Shown here piece by piece: positions 11,066-20,328 of a stretch of 64,000 nucleotides of DNA (positions within the stretch are counted from its first letter, which is position 1; every line of letters starts with the position of its first letter). The notes below the pieces were generated by a model, which was given only the letters and a program-made list of their open reading frames with translations, was not told where the DNA came from and searched no databases. The position numbers and the translations under genes are program-made. The DNA is from a virus, in IMG/VR virus record IMGVR_UViG_3300037852_000415, positions 1 to 64,000 of that record; one strand, 5' to 3'.

Positions 11066-11389
11066 ATGAAAGCGGGCACTCAGCGCCCCGGCGCCAACAG
11101 CCGGGCGCAAGAAGCGACTCTCACAGAGCTCGAGAAGTCGGAGCTGAAACGTCTAAACGAAAAGAATCAACAGCTCCAGACAAGTTGGCTTCAGCTTACT
11201 CTTAGCTTTGAGTTTCAGCGGCGCGCCTACGAGGCGCAGCGTGCGAAGCTGCTCGATGAGATTGAGCGTGCTTCGGGGGAGCTACAAAGCCGCTCTAAAG
11301 AGATTCTGCTGGCGCACAAGCTTGATACCGCTAAGAACTGGGACGTCGACTGGGGCGCGGGCACTATCAAGCTTTCTGGGCAGGCGTAA
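11066..11389 (+). CDS. Small coiled-coil protein, possible fibre chaperone
   Basis: Heptad-like Q/L/E pattern; lies between two spike genes. Confidence 0.5.
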   Translation: MKAGTQRPGANSRAQEATLTELEKSELKRLNEKNQQLQTSWLQLTLSFEFQRRAYEAQRAKLLDEIERASGELQSRSKEILLAHKLDTAKNWDVDWGAGTIKLSGQA

Positions 11390-11438
11390 CCCCCTGTATG
11401 TGTAGCCGACTGCATGCCTAAGGCGTATACTCGTACGC

Positions 11439-13118
11439 ATGGGTGCTGTAAGGAGCTCTGGCGCGATACGCAACACGTTTCTCGCCTATCTCGCGTCAGA
11501 AGTACAGCTGGCGCTAGGTAAAGCCAACGCCGCCGCTACGGCGGCGCCGTACCCGCGCGTCAGTATCAACGCACAGTACAAGGCGGCGGACGGCGCCGAC
11601 GCGGCGGGGCGCCTCAATATGGGCCCCGCCACTACGCGCGCGTTCAACGTGCTCATGTCGCTAGCTGGCGTCGGCGGTACGGCGCAGAAAGGTGCGGGGG
11701 GGTACCTGTACTTCCTGCCCGGCGCCTACTCGTGGCAGGTGGGGCAGCTCCTCGTTCTAGGCACGCCCAACAACATCGAGTTTCTAGGCATCGACGGTGA
11801 AGGCGCGACGATCTTCCCCGACTTCGCCAGTGCGGGGGGCGTACAGACTCTCCTCACAGTTGGCGGGCAGGCCGGACAGAACATCACTCTGCGGTTAGAG
11901 GATATCAACTTTGCGAGCAACAACACAGGTATCCTCACGCCCGATATCGATAAGATCTTGCTGACCTCCTCCGACATCAACGTCGAGATGGAGCGCGTAG
12001 GATTCTTCGGGTTGAACGCCACGCCGTCGCTCACAAGCGGTATGGAGGGGGCGCTGTCGCTCAACGCGTGCACCGGGCTGTACTGCCGTCAAGTCACTGT
12101 CAGCGGGTGCTCAGTCTCCAACGGAGGCCACTGGTTCGACATTATCGGTAACTCCTACAGCACGATCTTCGTGGGCTGCAACTTGCTCACGGCCGGCTAC
12201 AACGGGGGCGGTGTAGATAAGAGCTCTGCTGCCGCAGCCTCCGTAGTCCACTCGCAAGGCGGCTCGCCGTTCGGGCAATCAGCGCACCTAATATTCATCG
12301 ACGTCGCCTTTGGGCTAAACGCTCAGCGAAGCGTTTGGTCCGATACACAGGCGGGGCAGTTCAACGACTCCGTTATCTTCGACGGCTGCACATGGCTAGA
12401 CGGCAGTAACGCGGGCGTAGCCATCGACGCGCACGACACTACTAGTGTCATCGCGAACGGGTGTACATTCGGGGCCAACGCTGCGGCCGGCCTCATCGTG
12501 ACGCGTTCAACCGGCAATGTCACAAATTGGACTTTCGAGGATTGCATCTGGCTAAAGTTCGCTTTCGTCGCAGCCGATCTGCTCGGGGTCGCCAACGCCA
12601 CCTTCCGCAGGTGCACAGGGTTCACGGGTGTCAACGCCAACACGATGACACTTCGCGCCGGCAACGGGCTGCTTCTCTTTGAGCAGTGCGACGGTATCCC
12701 AGGGTTTACTATTGTCGCCAACCCGACGCAGTTGAAGTATAAGTTCTCCGCAACGACGGTGAATACTACCAACGCGGCGCAGACGGCGACGCTCCTCAGC
12801 TTCCCGGTGCTTCCGGGGATGAGCGCCCAGTGGATCGCGGACGTCGTTGCGCGCGCTACGTCCGCCCCCGCGGGCGGCGCGATAGGCGACTCCTTCTTCT
12901 TCGCAGTGCCGCAAGGCGCCAAGAACGTTGGGGGCGTTATCACTACGTACCAGGCTACCGCGGGCGCGAGCAACACGTACGGTGACGCTACGATGAATTC
13001 GGTGGCCCTCGCGGCTCCGACATCTGGGGGCGGTATCGTGAACGTGCGCGTCAATCAGGGTGCAGGTGTCGGCAACAATAATACCTGGACCGGCGATATC
13101 GAAGTCAGCGTGGGGTAA
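11439..13118 (+). CDS. Tailspike-like beta-helix (pectate-lyase-like) receptor-binding protein
   Basis: GGYLYFLPGAY, IDGEGATI, repeated xFxxCx beta-helix turns. Confidence 0.75.
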   Translation: MGAVRSSGAIRNTFLAYLASEVQLALGKANAAATAAPYPRVSINAQYKAADGADAAGRLNMGPATTRAFNVLMSLAGVGGTAQKGAGGYLYFLPGAYSWQVGQLLVLGTPNNIEFLGIDGEGATIFPDFASAGGVQTLLTVGGQAGQNITLRLEDINFASNNTGILTPDIDKILLTSSDINVEMERVGFFGLNATPSLTSGMEGALSLNACTGLYCRQVTVSGCSVSNGGHWFDIIGNSYSTIFVGCNLLTAGYNGGGVDKSSAAAASVVHSQGGSPFGQSAHLIFIDVAFGLNAQRSVWSDTQAGQFNDSVIFDGCTWLDGSNAGVAIDAHDTTSVIANGCTFGANAAAGLIVTRSTGNVTNWTFEDCIWLKFAFVAADLLGVANATFRRCTGFTGVNANTMTLRAGNGLLLFEQCDGIPGFTIVANPTQLKYKFSATTVNTTNAAQTATLLSFPVLPGMSAQWIADVVARATSAPAGGAIGDSFFFAVPQGAKNVGGVITTYQATAGASNTYGDATMNSVALAAPTSGGGIVNVRVNQGAGVGNNNTWTGDIEVSVG

Positions 13119-13121
13119 TCG

Positions 13122-14909
13122 ATGGGTGCGACAGGGTCTACCGTAAAGTCCCGCGAGGTTCTGCGGGCTAAGATATCTGATAGATCGACGCTCGCCTCCA
13201 GACTAGTCGTCAATGCCGGGGGTACGATTCCGAGCTTCGCTAACGTCGCTGCGCTCGCCGCCTTCCCATCTGCGTCGCAACCGTTCGGGCAACTCGCATT
13301 TGTACAGACCGTCCAGGCGTATTGGACGTATACGCCAGGCGCCACGGAAACACCCGACGGCATTACCATCATCAACGCGTTGGGCGGAGGGCAATGGATA
13401 CGCCTCATAGAGCCCAGTCTTTTTTGGCAAGAGCAAGTGCGTTGGGATGTCGACCCCGTAACCGGTAACGACGAGAATAACGGCATCAGTCCTGCGACAC
13501 CGCTGAAGACGGCCGCCGAGTACACACGTCGTACCGGCACCGGTGACAACCGTGTAGTCTTCGGGCAGGTGGATGTGTTTATACATAACAGCCTTCCGGC
13601 GACAGACCAGTTGCTATTCGCTGCGCACTTCCAGAGCCAATCGAGCGTGCTCAACTTCCATGGGGTACCGGCCGTAGCGCACTCGGGCACGCTATCGGGA
13701 TTCGACCAGTACAACCAGGTCGCCGGAACGGCGACGCAGATTCACGACGCCGCCGCCCTCGACTTTACCCCATTCGTAGGGCAGCAGGTGCTTATCACTA
13801 GTGGCGCCGCTGCGGGTAGCCGAGGCAATATCCTCAAGGCTGTAAGCGCCGGTATAGCGCGTCTAGATTGGCTGACGCAGCCTACCGCGGGCAATATCGT
13901 GAACCCTACCTTCATAGCGCCCAGCCCGGGCGATACGTATGAGATTCTCACACTCCCGGTGGCGCCTAACTTTGCGCAAGACACCACCGGGTTCAGTAGC
14001 GACAACGCCCTGAATGTTGCCCAAGCATTCGTGGAGTTGCTCGACTTCGGTGACGCCGTACCCCCCGACGGTATCGCGAGCTCCACGCTGCCTATCAGTA
14101 TCTACTACTGCCGCTTTCCTGGTGTGACGGAGGCTGAAGGCAGTAGCTACTTCGGCTGTCTGTTTACCGGAGGTGGATTTAGCCCGCTCATCACTTCCGC
14201 ACTAACCGTGTGCGGGGTGCTCAACAGCTTCATCTTGTCAGGCAGCGGTAATGGCGTCTTGTGCTATGGCGTCGTCCTGCAGAACAGCAACATAGCCATA
14301 CAAGAGAACGGCTTCGTCGAGGCGCATACACTAGACTTGGGTATCGGTATATTCGATAGCGATTCGGTCATCACTACTGGTGAGCCGGAGACCGGGTATT
14401 TCTTCATCGAGGGTATCCTCTGGGGATCGAACAATACGACCTTCATCTTCAGCCTCACCGCAGGAAGCCAAGTCATCTTGAGCAACTCCTTCGCTACCAC
14501 GCTCGCCGTAACGGGCGGGGGCGGAGGGTACCATGACGTCATCATCAACGGGCACACGACGTTGCCCGCATTCGATCCCTCTACGGGACTGTTCACGGCG
14601 CCAGTGGCGCTGAGCTTCGCGAATATCAAGGCGACTATCGCCGCGGGCGGCTTCAACGGCAACGTGTGGGATCCGGGCAACCCTGTTACTGGGTTCTTCT
14701 GTCCTAACGGCGCGCTGACGACTTCGCTACTCACCTCCAACGGTAATGGGAGTGCCGGAGCGGTCACACAGGCGGAAGCGACTACGGAACCTACCTCTAA
14801 CCCTACGGCGGCGGCTATCGAGTTCGTGGGCGCGGCGGGTGGCGCTAATCCCGGCGCGCGGATCAACAGGGGCCCTCTGGGTACCATCACTACAATGGCG
14901 CCGGCATAA
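13122..14909 (+). CDS. Spike/fibre protein
   Basis: PDGITII...GGGQWIR and VDPVTGNDENNG...PLKT motifs found in tailspike-like proteins. Confidence 0.7.
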   Translation: MGATGSTVKSREVLRAKISDRSTLASRLVVNAGGTIPSFANVAALAAFPSASQPFGQLAFVQTVQAYWTYTPGATETPDGITIINALGGGQWIRLIEPSLFWQEQVRWDVDPVTGNDENNGISPATPLKTAAEYTRRTGTGDNRVVFGQVDVFIHNSLPATDQLLFAAHFQSQSSVLNFHGVPAVAHSGTLSGFDQYNQVAGTATQIHDAAALDFTPFVGQQVLITSGAAAGSRGNILKAVSAGIARLDWLTQPTAGNIVNPTFIAPSPGDTYEILTLPVAPNFAQDTTGFSSDNALNVAQAFVELLDFGDAVPPDGIASSTLPISIYYCRFPGVTEAEGSSYFGCLFTGGGFSPLITSALTVCGVLNSFILSGSGNGVLCYGVVLQNSNIAIQENGFVEAHTLDLGIGIFDSDSVITTGEPETGYFFIEGILWGSNNTTFIFSLTAGSQVILSNSFATTLAVTGGGGGYHDVIINGHTTLPAFDPSTGLFTAPVALSFANIKATIAAGGFNGNVWDPGNPVTGFFCPNGALTTSLLTSNGNGSAGAVTQAEATTEPTSNPTAAAIEFVGAAGGANPGARINRGPLGTITTMAPA

Positions 14910-14912
14910 GAG

Positions 14913-15302
14913 ATGTCTCTACGATTCTGCCAACACCCGTGGCTCACCGACGTTATAGACACGACGAACGCCGTCGCTACGGCCTCTACAGCTACGCAGT
15001 TCGCGCCCCCGAGCGGTTCCGCTGGGATGATAGAGGTACGGGGCGTAGCGCGCCTCACGAGCGGCGCCTCGAGCGGGCACAGCGCTCCGTTCTACCTCGC
15101 GCAGGGGTTCAGCGACATCGGCGGCGTCGTCACGATGGAGGGGTCCGTGACGACCCTCGTCGCTATCTCATCGGGTAACGCGGCGCTGTCGACTGTCACC
15201 GTCACTATAGGGATCACGGCGAGCAAGGTAACGGTAACAGTTACGGGCATCGCGGCTACGAACATCGAGTGGCTCCTCGATGTGAGGTTTACAGGCAACT
15301 AG
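14913..15302 (+). CDS. Small beta-sandwich protein, paralogous to the C-terminus of 11439-13118
   Basis: Shared TTNA..TA, VAR, QG..D/N.GGV.T and terminal W..D motifs. Confidence 0.6.
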   Translation: MSLRFCQHPWLTDVIDTTNAVATASTATQFAPPSGSAGMIEVRGVARLTSGASSGHSAPFYLAQGFSDIGGVVTMEGSVTTLVAISSGNAALSTVTVTIGITASKVTVTVTGIAATNIEWLLDVRFTGN

Positions 15303-15718
15303 CTCTTCCGTATGCAGTGTCGACGGCGGCGCCGAGCGTGCTACTCTGCCTGAAGAGGTAGCCCATGTCTTTCGCCATCATCCCCGAATGCCAACTCGCC
15401 ATCGCCGTCACGGCGGGCGGGCGCTTCCGCTACAAGCACCGCGAGCGGTTCGTGCGTACCCTGCTCGTCTTCTACGCTGCGGCCGGGTTCAATGTTACGG
15501 GCCGTACCAACGCCAACGTCGCGGAATTGCGCGTAGGCACGCGCACCCCCGCAACACGCAACGTGTGCCTACAGCAAGGCACCATGAAGGCCCGCGGCTA
15601 ACCCTTGCGGCGCGTTTGGGGTGTGCCCCTAGACGATCTGCTTTGGTGGTACATCTTCGCCGCCGTTTCGGGTGCGGTGACGGCTTACGCCGTGGCGACT
15701 GTGTGCTAAAGTAGCCCC

Positions 15719-15973
15719 ATGAAGCTCGCACCCAGTGTTACGGTCGGTTTGGCGCAAGCGCCCGCAGCTGGGCAGCCCACAGCGGCTAGCCCCTGGTCTA
15801 CGGGGTTCGTACCGTTCCTATCCGGCGCTGTGGCGCTGGGTACGGCGGGGGCCCTCGCGGGGTACTTCATCACGAAGAAGCCTACGCGCGGCGCCGTAGC
15901 GGGGGCAGCAATCGGTATTAGCATCCCCCTCGCCGCCCACCTCTATTCGGGGCTCAGCGGGAATCAGGGGTAG
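15719..15973 (+). CDS. Small two-TM membrane protein
   Basis: Two hydrophobic segments; N-terminal VGLAQ motif. Confidence 0.7.
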   Translation: MKLAPSVTVGLAQAPAAGQPTAASPWSTGFVPFLSGAVALGTAGALAGYFITKKPTRGAVAGAAIGISIPLAAHLYSGLSGNQG

Positions 15974-15976
15974 TCG

Positions 15977-16507
15977 ATGACGGCATCTATCGCCTGCCCC
16001 CAGGGCTTCACGCTTCTACCCGACGCCGACGTCACCCCCGCAATCAGTGCACGCGCCGTAGCGCTTCTCACGCAGTGGCGGGGGCAACTCGCCGCCGGCA
16101 CCGCCGTCGTGGGCACCACGCAGAGCGTCGAGTGGACCGGCGAGATTCTCTGCGACTATCGCTTCGAGTGGCATCCCCCCGACGCGCAAAACTCAAGTGA
16201 GCACACCGGCGTCACCGTCTACTATTGCAAAGGAGCGGTAGCCTCCCCTTTAGGGCCGAGCTCGGTACCAACCTCGTCGTCGCCGCCGTGTCCTTCGCCG
16301 TCGTCGGCAGCGGCCTCGCCCTCGCCGCCTGGGTCCTCCGAAAGCCCCGCCGAGCCTGGAAACGCCTCAAGCCCGCCGGCTACTACGACTACCGGAAGCG
16401 GCGCAAGCACAGGTAGCCCCAGCGCGCCTCGGAGGCCCGTCGTCGAGGCCATCGACGCCGTCGAGCACGTCGTCGAAGCCATCATCCAAGAAGTGAAGAA
16501 GCTCTAA
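15977..16507 (+). CDS. Putative virion protein; a -1 frameshift product would end at 16416 with a TM anchor
   Basis: In-frame C CCT TTA at 16246-16252; the -1 frame encodes a TM helix and basic tail. Confidence 0.7.
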   Translation: MTASIACPQGFTLLPDADVTPAISARAVALLTQWRGQLAAGTAVVGTTQSVEWTGEILCDYRFEWHPPDAQNSSEHTGVTVYYCKGAVASPLGPSSVPTSSSPPCPSPSSAAASPSPPGSSESPAEPGNASSPPATTTTGSGASTGSPSAPRRPVVEAIDAVEHVVEAIIQEVKKL

Positions 16508-16593
16508 TGTGGCGCAAGCGCACAGGCGTTGGGTGAGGGCAGAAGCGCACGCCGGTCGGCGTCGTCGGCGAAGTCGGTTTAGGAGATTCCCCC

Positions 16594-17193
16594 GTGACAG
16601 CTCTCGACAACGCAATCGCATCTTTGGCGCAAGCGCAAGCTACGTGGAACACGTGGATGGGTGGAAGTCTCCCCGGCGACCTGCAGCATGGTGTAGCCGC
16701 CTACCAAGCCGCTGACGAAGCCAGCCTCGCTGCCGCCGCCTACGCCGCCAACCTAGCCCCCGGCACGCCCGCCGCCAACATGGCCCAGGGGAACGCCTTC
16801 GCGTGCAGTTCGGCGCGGCTAGCGCTCGATGCCGCGCTAAGCGCTTGGCTGAACCAATACGGGCAGGATGTCGCCTTCTGGCAGTCGGGGAACTACCGCC
16901 AGCAAGCGCAGACGATTCTCTTCGCTCTGGCGCCGGCCACGATTCAAGCGGCGCAGGCAGCGGTGCCGCCGGCAAGGTTCAATTTCAACTTGCCTAGAAG
17001 CAATTGGCAGCAGGGAAGAGTCGTGGCAACGAACCCTCGTAACAGCCGCGTCGGCGTGGGGCAGACGGCGGCTTCCACCTTCGCCCCCGGGGGCACCGCG
17101 ACGCCGCTCATCATCTTCTCTCTACTCGGCATCGCTGGGCTAGCGGCGATGGCAATCATCAGCGAGAAGTTCGCAAGCAAAAAGCAGAGGTAG
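16594..17193 (+). CDS. Ala-rich membrane protein with C-terminal anchor
   Basis: RVGVGQ motif, LIIFSLLGIAGLAAMAII TM, KKQR tail. Confidence 0.7.
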   Translation: MTALDNAIASLAQAQATWNTWMGGSLPGDLQHGVAAYQAADEASLAAAAYAANLAPGTPAANMAQGNAFACSSARLALDAALSAWLNQYGQDVAFWQSGNYRQQAQTILFALAPATIQAAQAAVPPARFNFNLPRSNWQQGRVVATNPRNSRVGVGQTAASTFAPGGTATPLIIFSLLGIAGLAAMAIISEKFASKKQR

Positions 17194-17195
17194 CT

Positions 17196-17753
17196 ATGGG
17201 GTGGGAGGAAGGTTACGCGCCGCTCGAGGGCTGGAGTAACTTCCAGTCGCTGTATCAAGACGCCATCAACGCCGCGCCTGCGAAAGGCGCTGTCTTCGTC
17301 GAGATGGGCGTCGCTCTCGGCCGCTCCGCCTTCATGATGGCGGATATGATTGCGAAGAGTAAGAAGGACATCACCTTCTTCGCTATCGACCTCTGGGATA
17401 CGGTGCCAGCTCGCCAGTGGGCCGGTTTTGCCAACGACTTCTTCGGGCAGTTCCTCGAAGGCGCCGTCAAGCACGCTCGGGGGCTACTGAAACACGTACG
17501 CATCCTACGCCTCGACAGCGTCGCCGCCAGTAAGGCGTTCGCAGACGCAAGTATAGACTTCTGCTTCATCGACGGAGAACACTGGTACGACCCCGTAAGA
17601 CGCGACGTTCTCACTTGGCTGCCCAAAGTGAAGCCGGGGGGAGTTATAGCGGGGCACGACTACGATCAGCCCCAGTTGAAGCGCGCCGTCATCGACATCT
17701 TCGGAGAAGGCCGTGTGGAGCCGGTGGCTACGAGTTGGCGCGTTCGCGTGTAG
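17196..17753 (+). CDS. Class I SAM methyltransferase (Methyltransf_24-like)
   Basis: FVEMGVALGRS, AIDLW, FIDGEHWY, KPGGVIAGHDY. Confidence 0.85.
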   Translation: MGWEEGYAPLEGWSNFQSLYQDAINAAPAKGAVFVEMGVALGRSAFMMADMIAKSKKDITFFAIDLWDTVPARQWAGFANDFFGQFLEGAVKHARGLLKHVRILRLDSVAASKAFADASIDFCFIDGEHWYDPVRRDVLTWLPKVKPGGVIAGHDYDQPQLKRAVIDIFGEGRVEPVATSWRVRV

Positions 17754-17924
17754 CGCGGCACTCTGCGTCGGCTGCGCTGGCTGGCAAGCGACGGCGCTCA
17801 ACACTGCGAAGACGTGGGCTAAAACTGGAAGCCTCTACAGAAGCCAGCATACGCATGTCGGCATCCGCCCCAGCTTCGATTCAGGGGTAGCTGTCGAAGT
17901 GCGCGTCACTACCGACAAGATGCC

Positions 17925-19471
17925 CTAGAGGCACGTCTGAATGACGGTGGCGAGGATGGCGCCGATGAATAGGCCAGTCACTACCAGCAACCCGAAGTTG
18001 ACATAGCTACGAATCTTCTCGGCGTGCGCCAACGTCGAGATGTCTACGTCGGTGTCGTCGCGCAGCTTCTTCGACGCGCCCCGTATAGGTACCATGCGTA
18101 CTGTCTGCTTGTTTTCCTCGGCTACCCAGAGCTCCGCGGTGCGCTTGCCGACGCGGCCGGAGCCGCCGCAGAGGGGGCAGCCCCCGCGGCACATGGGGCA
18201 ATCGACGGCGGGGCGCTTCATCATCTTACTAGTCTAGCCGATGAAGTACTCGACGCGTACCGGACACCAGGGGAGCCTGAGAAGCCAGTACCACGCGCAA
18301 AGGCGCGCTCGCCAGAATGAGGCGCAGTAGTAAACGTCACGCCCGGCCTCGCAGGCGAGCCCGCAGGCGGCGCAGCCGACGACGACACGCCACTTGCCAG
18401 GAGGCATAAGAGCGGGGGCGGCTGCGCTACGGAATGGGTGCATATTCATGGGTGGTACTTGCAGGGCAGCGCCTGCGCGCAGCTGGGGCAGAGATTCGGA
18501 TGCGCCGACTGTTTGAAAAACGCCATCATCCGAGCGCCCTCATCGACAGTCGGCGTCGTCAAGACTTCGTCGCGCACCGGCGGCGCGCTTGCCGGTGGAA
18601 ACTCCACGAGCACGAATCGCTTGCGGCTCCACCTGAAGCCGCCGACGAGCACACCGTCGATAGCCGTGTGCTTGTCGCCGGGGTAGATGGCGCCTTTCAC
18701 AAGCTCCCCGTCTGGGTCGTTGCACTTCCACCAGCCGAATTCGCCGGTGACACCTTCGTGGAATCTATCTCGGGGGTAGTCGCCGCCGGCCACAGCGTCG
18801 AGCCTAAGGCAGCACATGCAGGGGGCGATGTACTTCACACTGTAGACTTGATTCGACAGTATCGCCCCGTCAGCGCTTCCCATGCCGTCTTTCACCTTGA
18901 CGAGCATGTCAATTGCTCCCCGAGGGCATCGGCGGCGTCGACGGCGGCTCGTCTAGCGTCTCGCGGAGCTCGGCTTCCCAGTCGTTGGCGCCGCGCGTGA
19001 CGCCGAGACACAGCCCCGATACTGCTGACTTGAGTGCCGCAGAGATATCTGGCTGGCACAAGACGCAGTCGGCGAGTACCGCCACGATGCCGGATACGAC
19101 GACGTCGGAGCCTAGCCCCTCAGCGCTCTGCAAGCGCTTCACGACCTCGAAGATGGTGTCGTAGACGTACTTGATGCGCGCGCCCTCTTCGGGGGTGCTC
19201 CAGCGAATGCCCTCGCTCACTTCTTCGGCCCTTGGTGCGGCGCCGTCTCGGGTGCTTCGTTGACAGGGGCCGCTAACAGGAGCTCTCCGAGGAGCGCCTG
19301 CACGCAGATGGCCGCCGCCTTGTAGGGCTCGGGGTTGTGCCGCAACACGTTCAAGAGCGCCGTCAAGAGCGACTCAGCGAGCTCCTTGCTCGAAGCGCCT
19401 GCCTCGTGCGCGCGTCCGCACGCATCCCAGATCTCCTTGTCGAAGTCAGTCCAGTGTTCGCGAGTAGTCAT
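17925..19471 (-). other. Five small leftward hypothetical genes (17925-18224 Zn-finger plus TM, 18234-18449, 18446-18907, 18909-19220, 19217-19471)
   Basis: Tightly packed minus-strand ORFs with overlapping starts and stops. Confidence 0.65.
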
Positions 19472-19525
19472 CGGTGTCTCTCCTCTCGGCTGATGCGCAG
19501 ACGGTAGTTACGGCGCGCGCACTCG

Positions 19526-19882
19526 TCAAGTGACGAGCCCGTCATCGCTTGAAGTAACGAGCCCGCCGTCGCTTGTTGCAGCGAAGGCGGCAAATGCGCG
19601 TACGACTTCGGGGCAATATACGAGCCATTCCTTCCACCCCCGAGCACCGGGGGCGAGGTGGGTGTTGTAGTCCTGCCACTTACGCAGCTTGCGGAGCAGC
19701 GCCGCGTGCTCCTTGATGGTGCCGGCGAAGTATCCGACCAGCTTGAGGCGGGGTGCGCCGGGGCCCATCTGTTTTTGACGTTGCGCCACGCGCTCACGGG
19801 GGCTGCCGACGGCGCAAAACCCGATGACGGCGACGCCCCCCTCTTCGATGAGCCTCGCGAGGTATATAGCGCCCGTGCTCAT
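19526..19882 (-). CDS. GIY-YIG/T5orf172-like protein (divergent)
   Basis: IYL...IGF...RVAQ.Q...EW pattern. Confidence 0.5.
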   Translation of the reverse strand: MSTGAIYLARLIEEGGVAVIGFCAVGSPRERVAQRQKQMGPGAPRLKLVGYFAGTIKEHAALLRKLRKWQDYNTHLAPGARGWKEWLVYCPEVVRAFAAFAATSDGGLVTSSDDGLVT

Positions 19883-20286
19883 CGGTGTTGCCTAGCATCG
19901 TGACCTACGGCCCCGCATTGCTGACAGGTACGAACCGCTACCTCGCGTACGGGCACGCCACTCGCTTTTTTAGCTATGCGCCGCAGAGACGCGTTCTCGA
20001 TCCATGGTATCGCTTCTTTTCGGTACCACTCACCTCGGATGCGGAATCGATGTAGCGCGTTATGTAGCCTAGCTTCGTCCTTAGCCGTACCGTCGACCTC
20101 GCCCAAAAACTCCAGTACGTGCGGTGTGCCCACCTGCAGTAGCGAACGTCTAGTGCGGCTCTCCAGGGACGTCCAACCGATCTTTATGGCGCCACACCCG
20201 CACCCGCACCGCATAATGTATACGCAACCGCGTTCATCTACGCCTGTGTCTACACTCCAGTAATTAGTGCCCATTAGACCTACCAA
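19879..20286 (-). CDS. T5orf172/GIY-YIG domain protein
   Basis: CVYIM...IKIGWT...R..LQVG...EARLH...RGEWY. Confidence 0.8.
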   Translation of the reverse strand: MVGLMGTNYWSVDTGVDERGCVYIMRCGCGCGAIKIGWTSLESRTRRSLLQVGTPHVLEFLGEVDGTAKDEARLHNALHRFRIRGEWYRKEAIPWIENASLRRIAKKASGVPVREVAVRTCQQCGAVGHDARQHR

Positions 20287-20328
20287 CCCTAACCTTTGTA
20301 GTAAGTTGAAACCTCTAGCCGATATATC

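Noticed and set aside
9819-13140. N-myristoylation signals (MGxxxS) implying a eukaryotic virus
   Set aside because: SD sites, sigma70-type promoters, coupled operons and peptidoglycan hydrolases indicate a bacterial host
15977-16507. Tail assembly chaperone frameshift
   Set aside because: No tail tube gene upstream or tape measure gene downstream; the shifted product is a TM anchor
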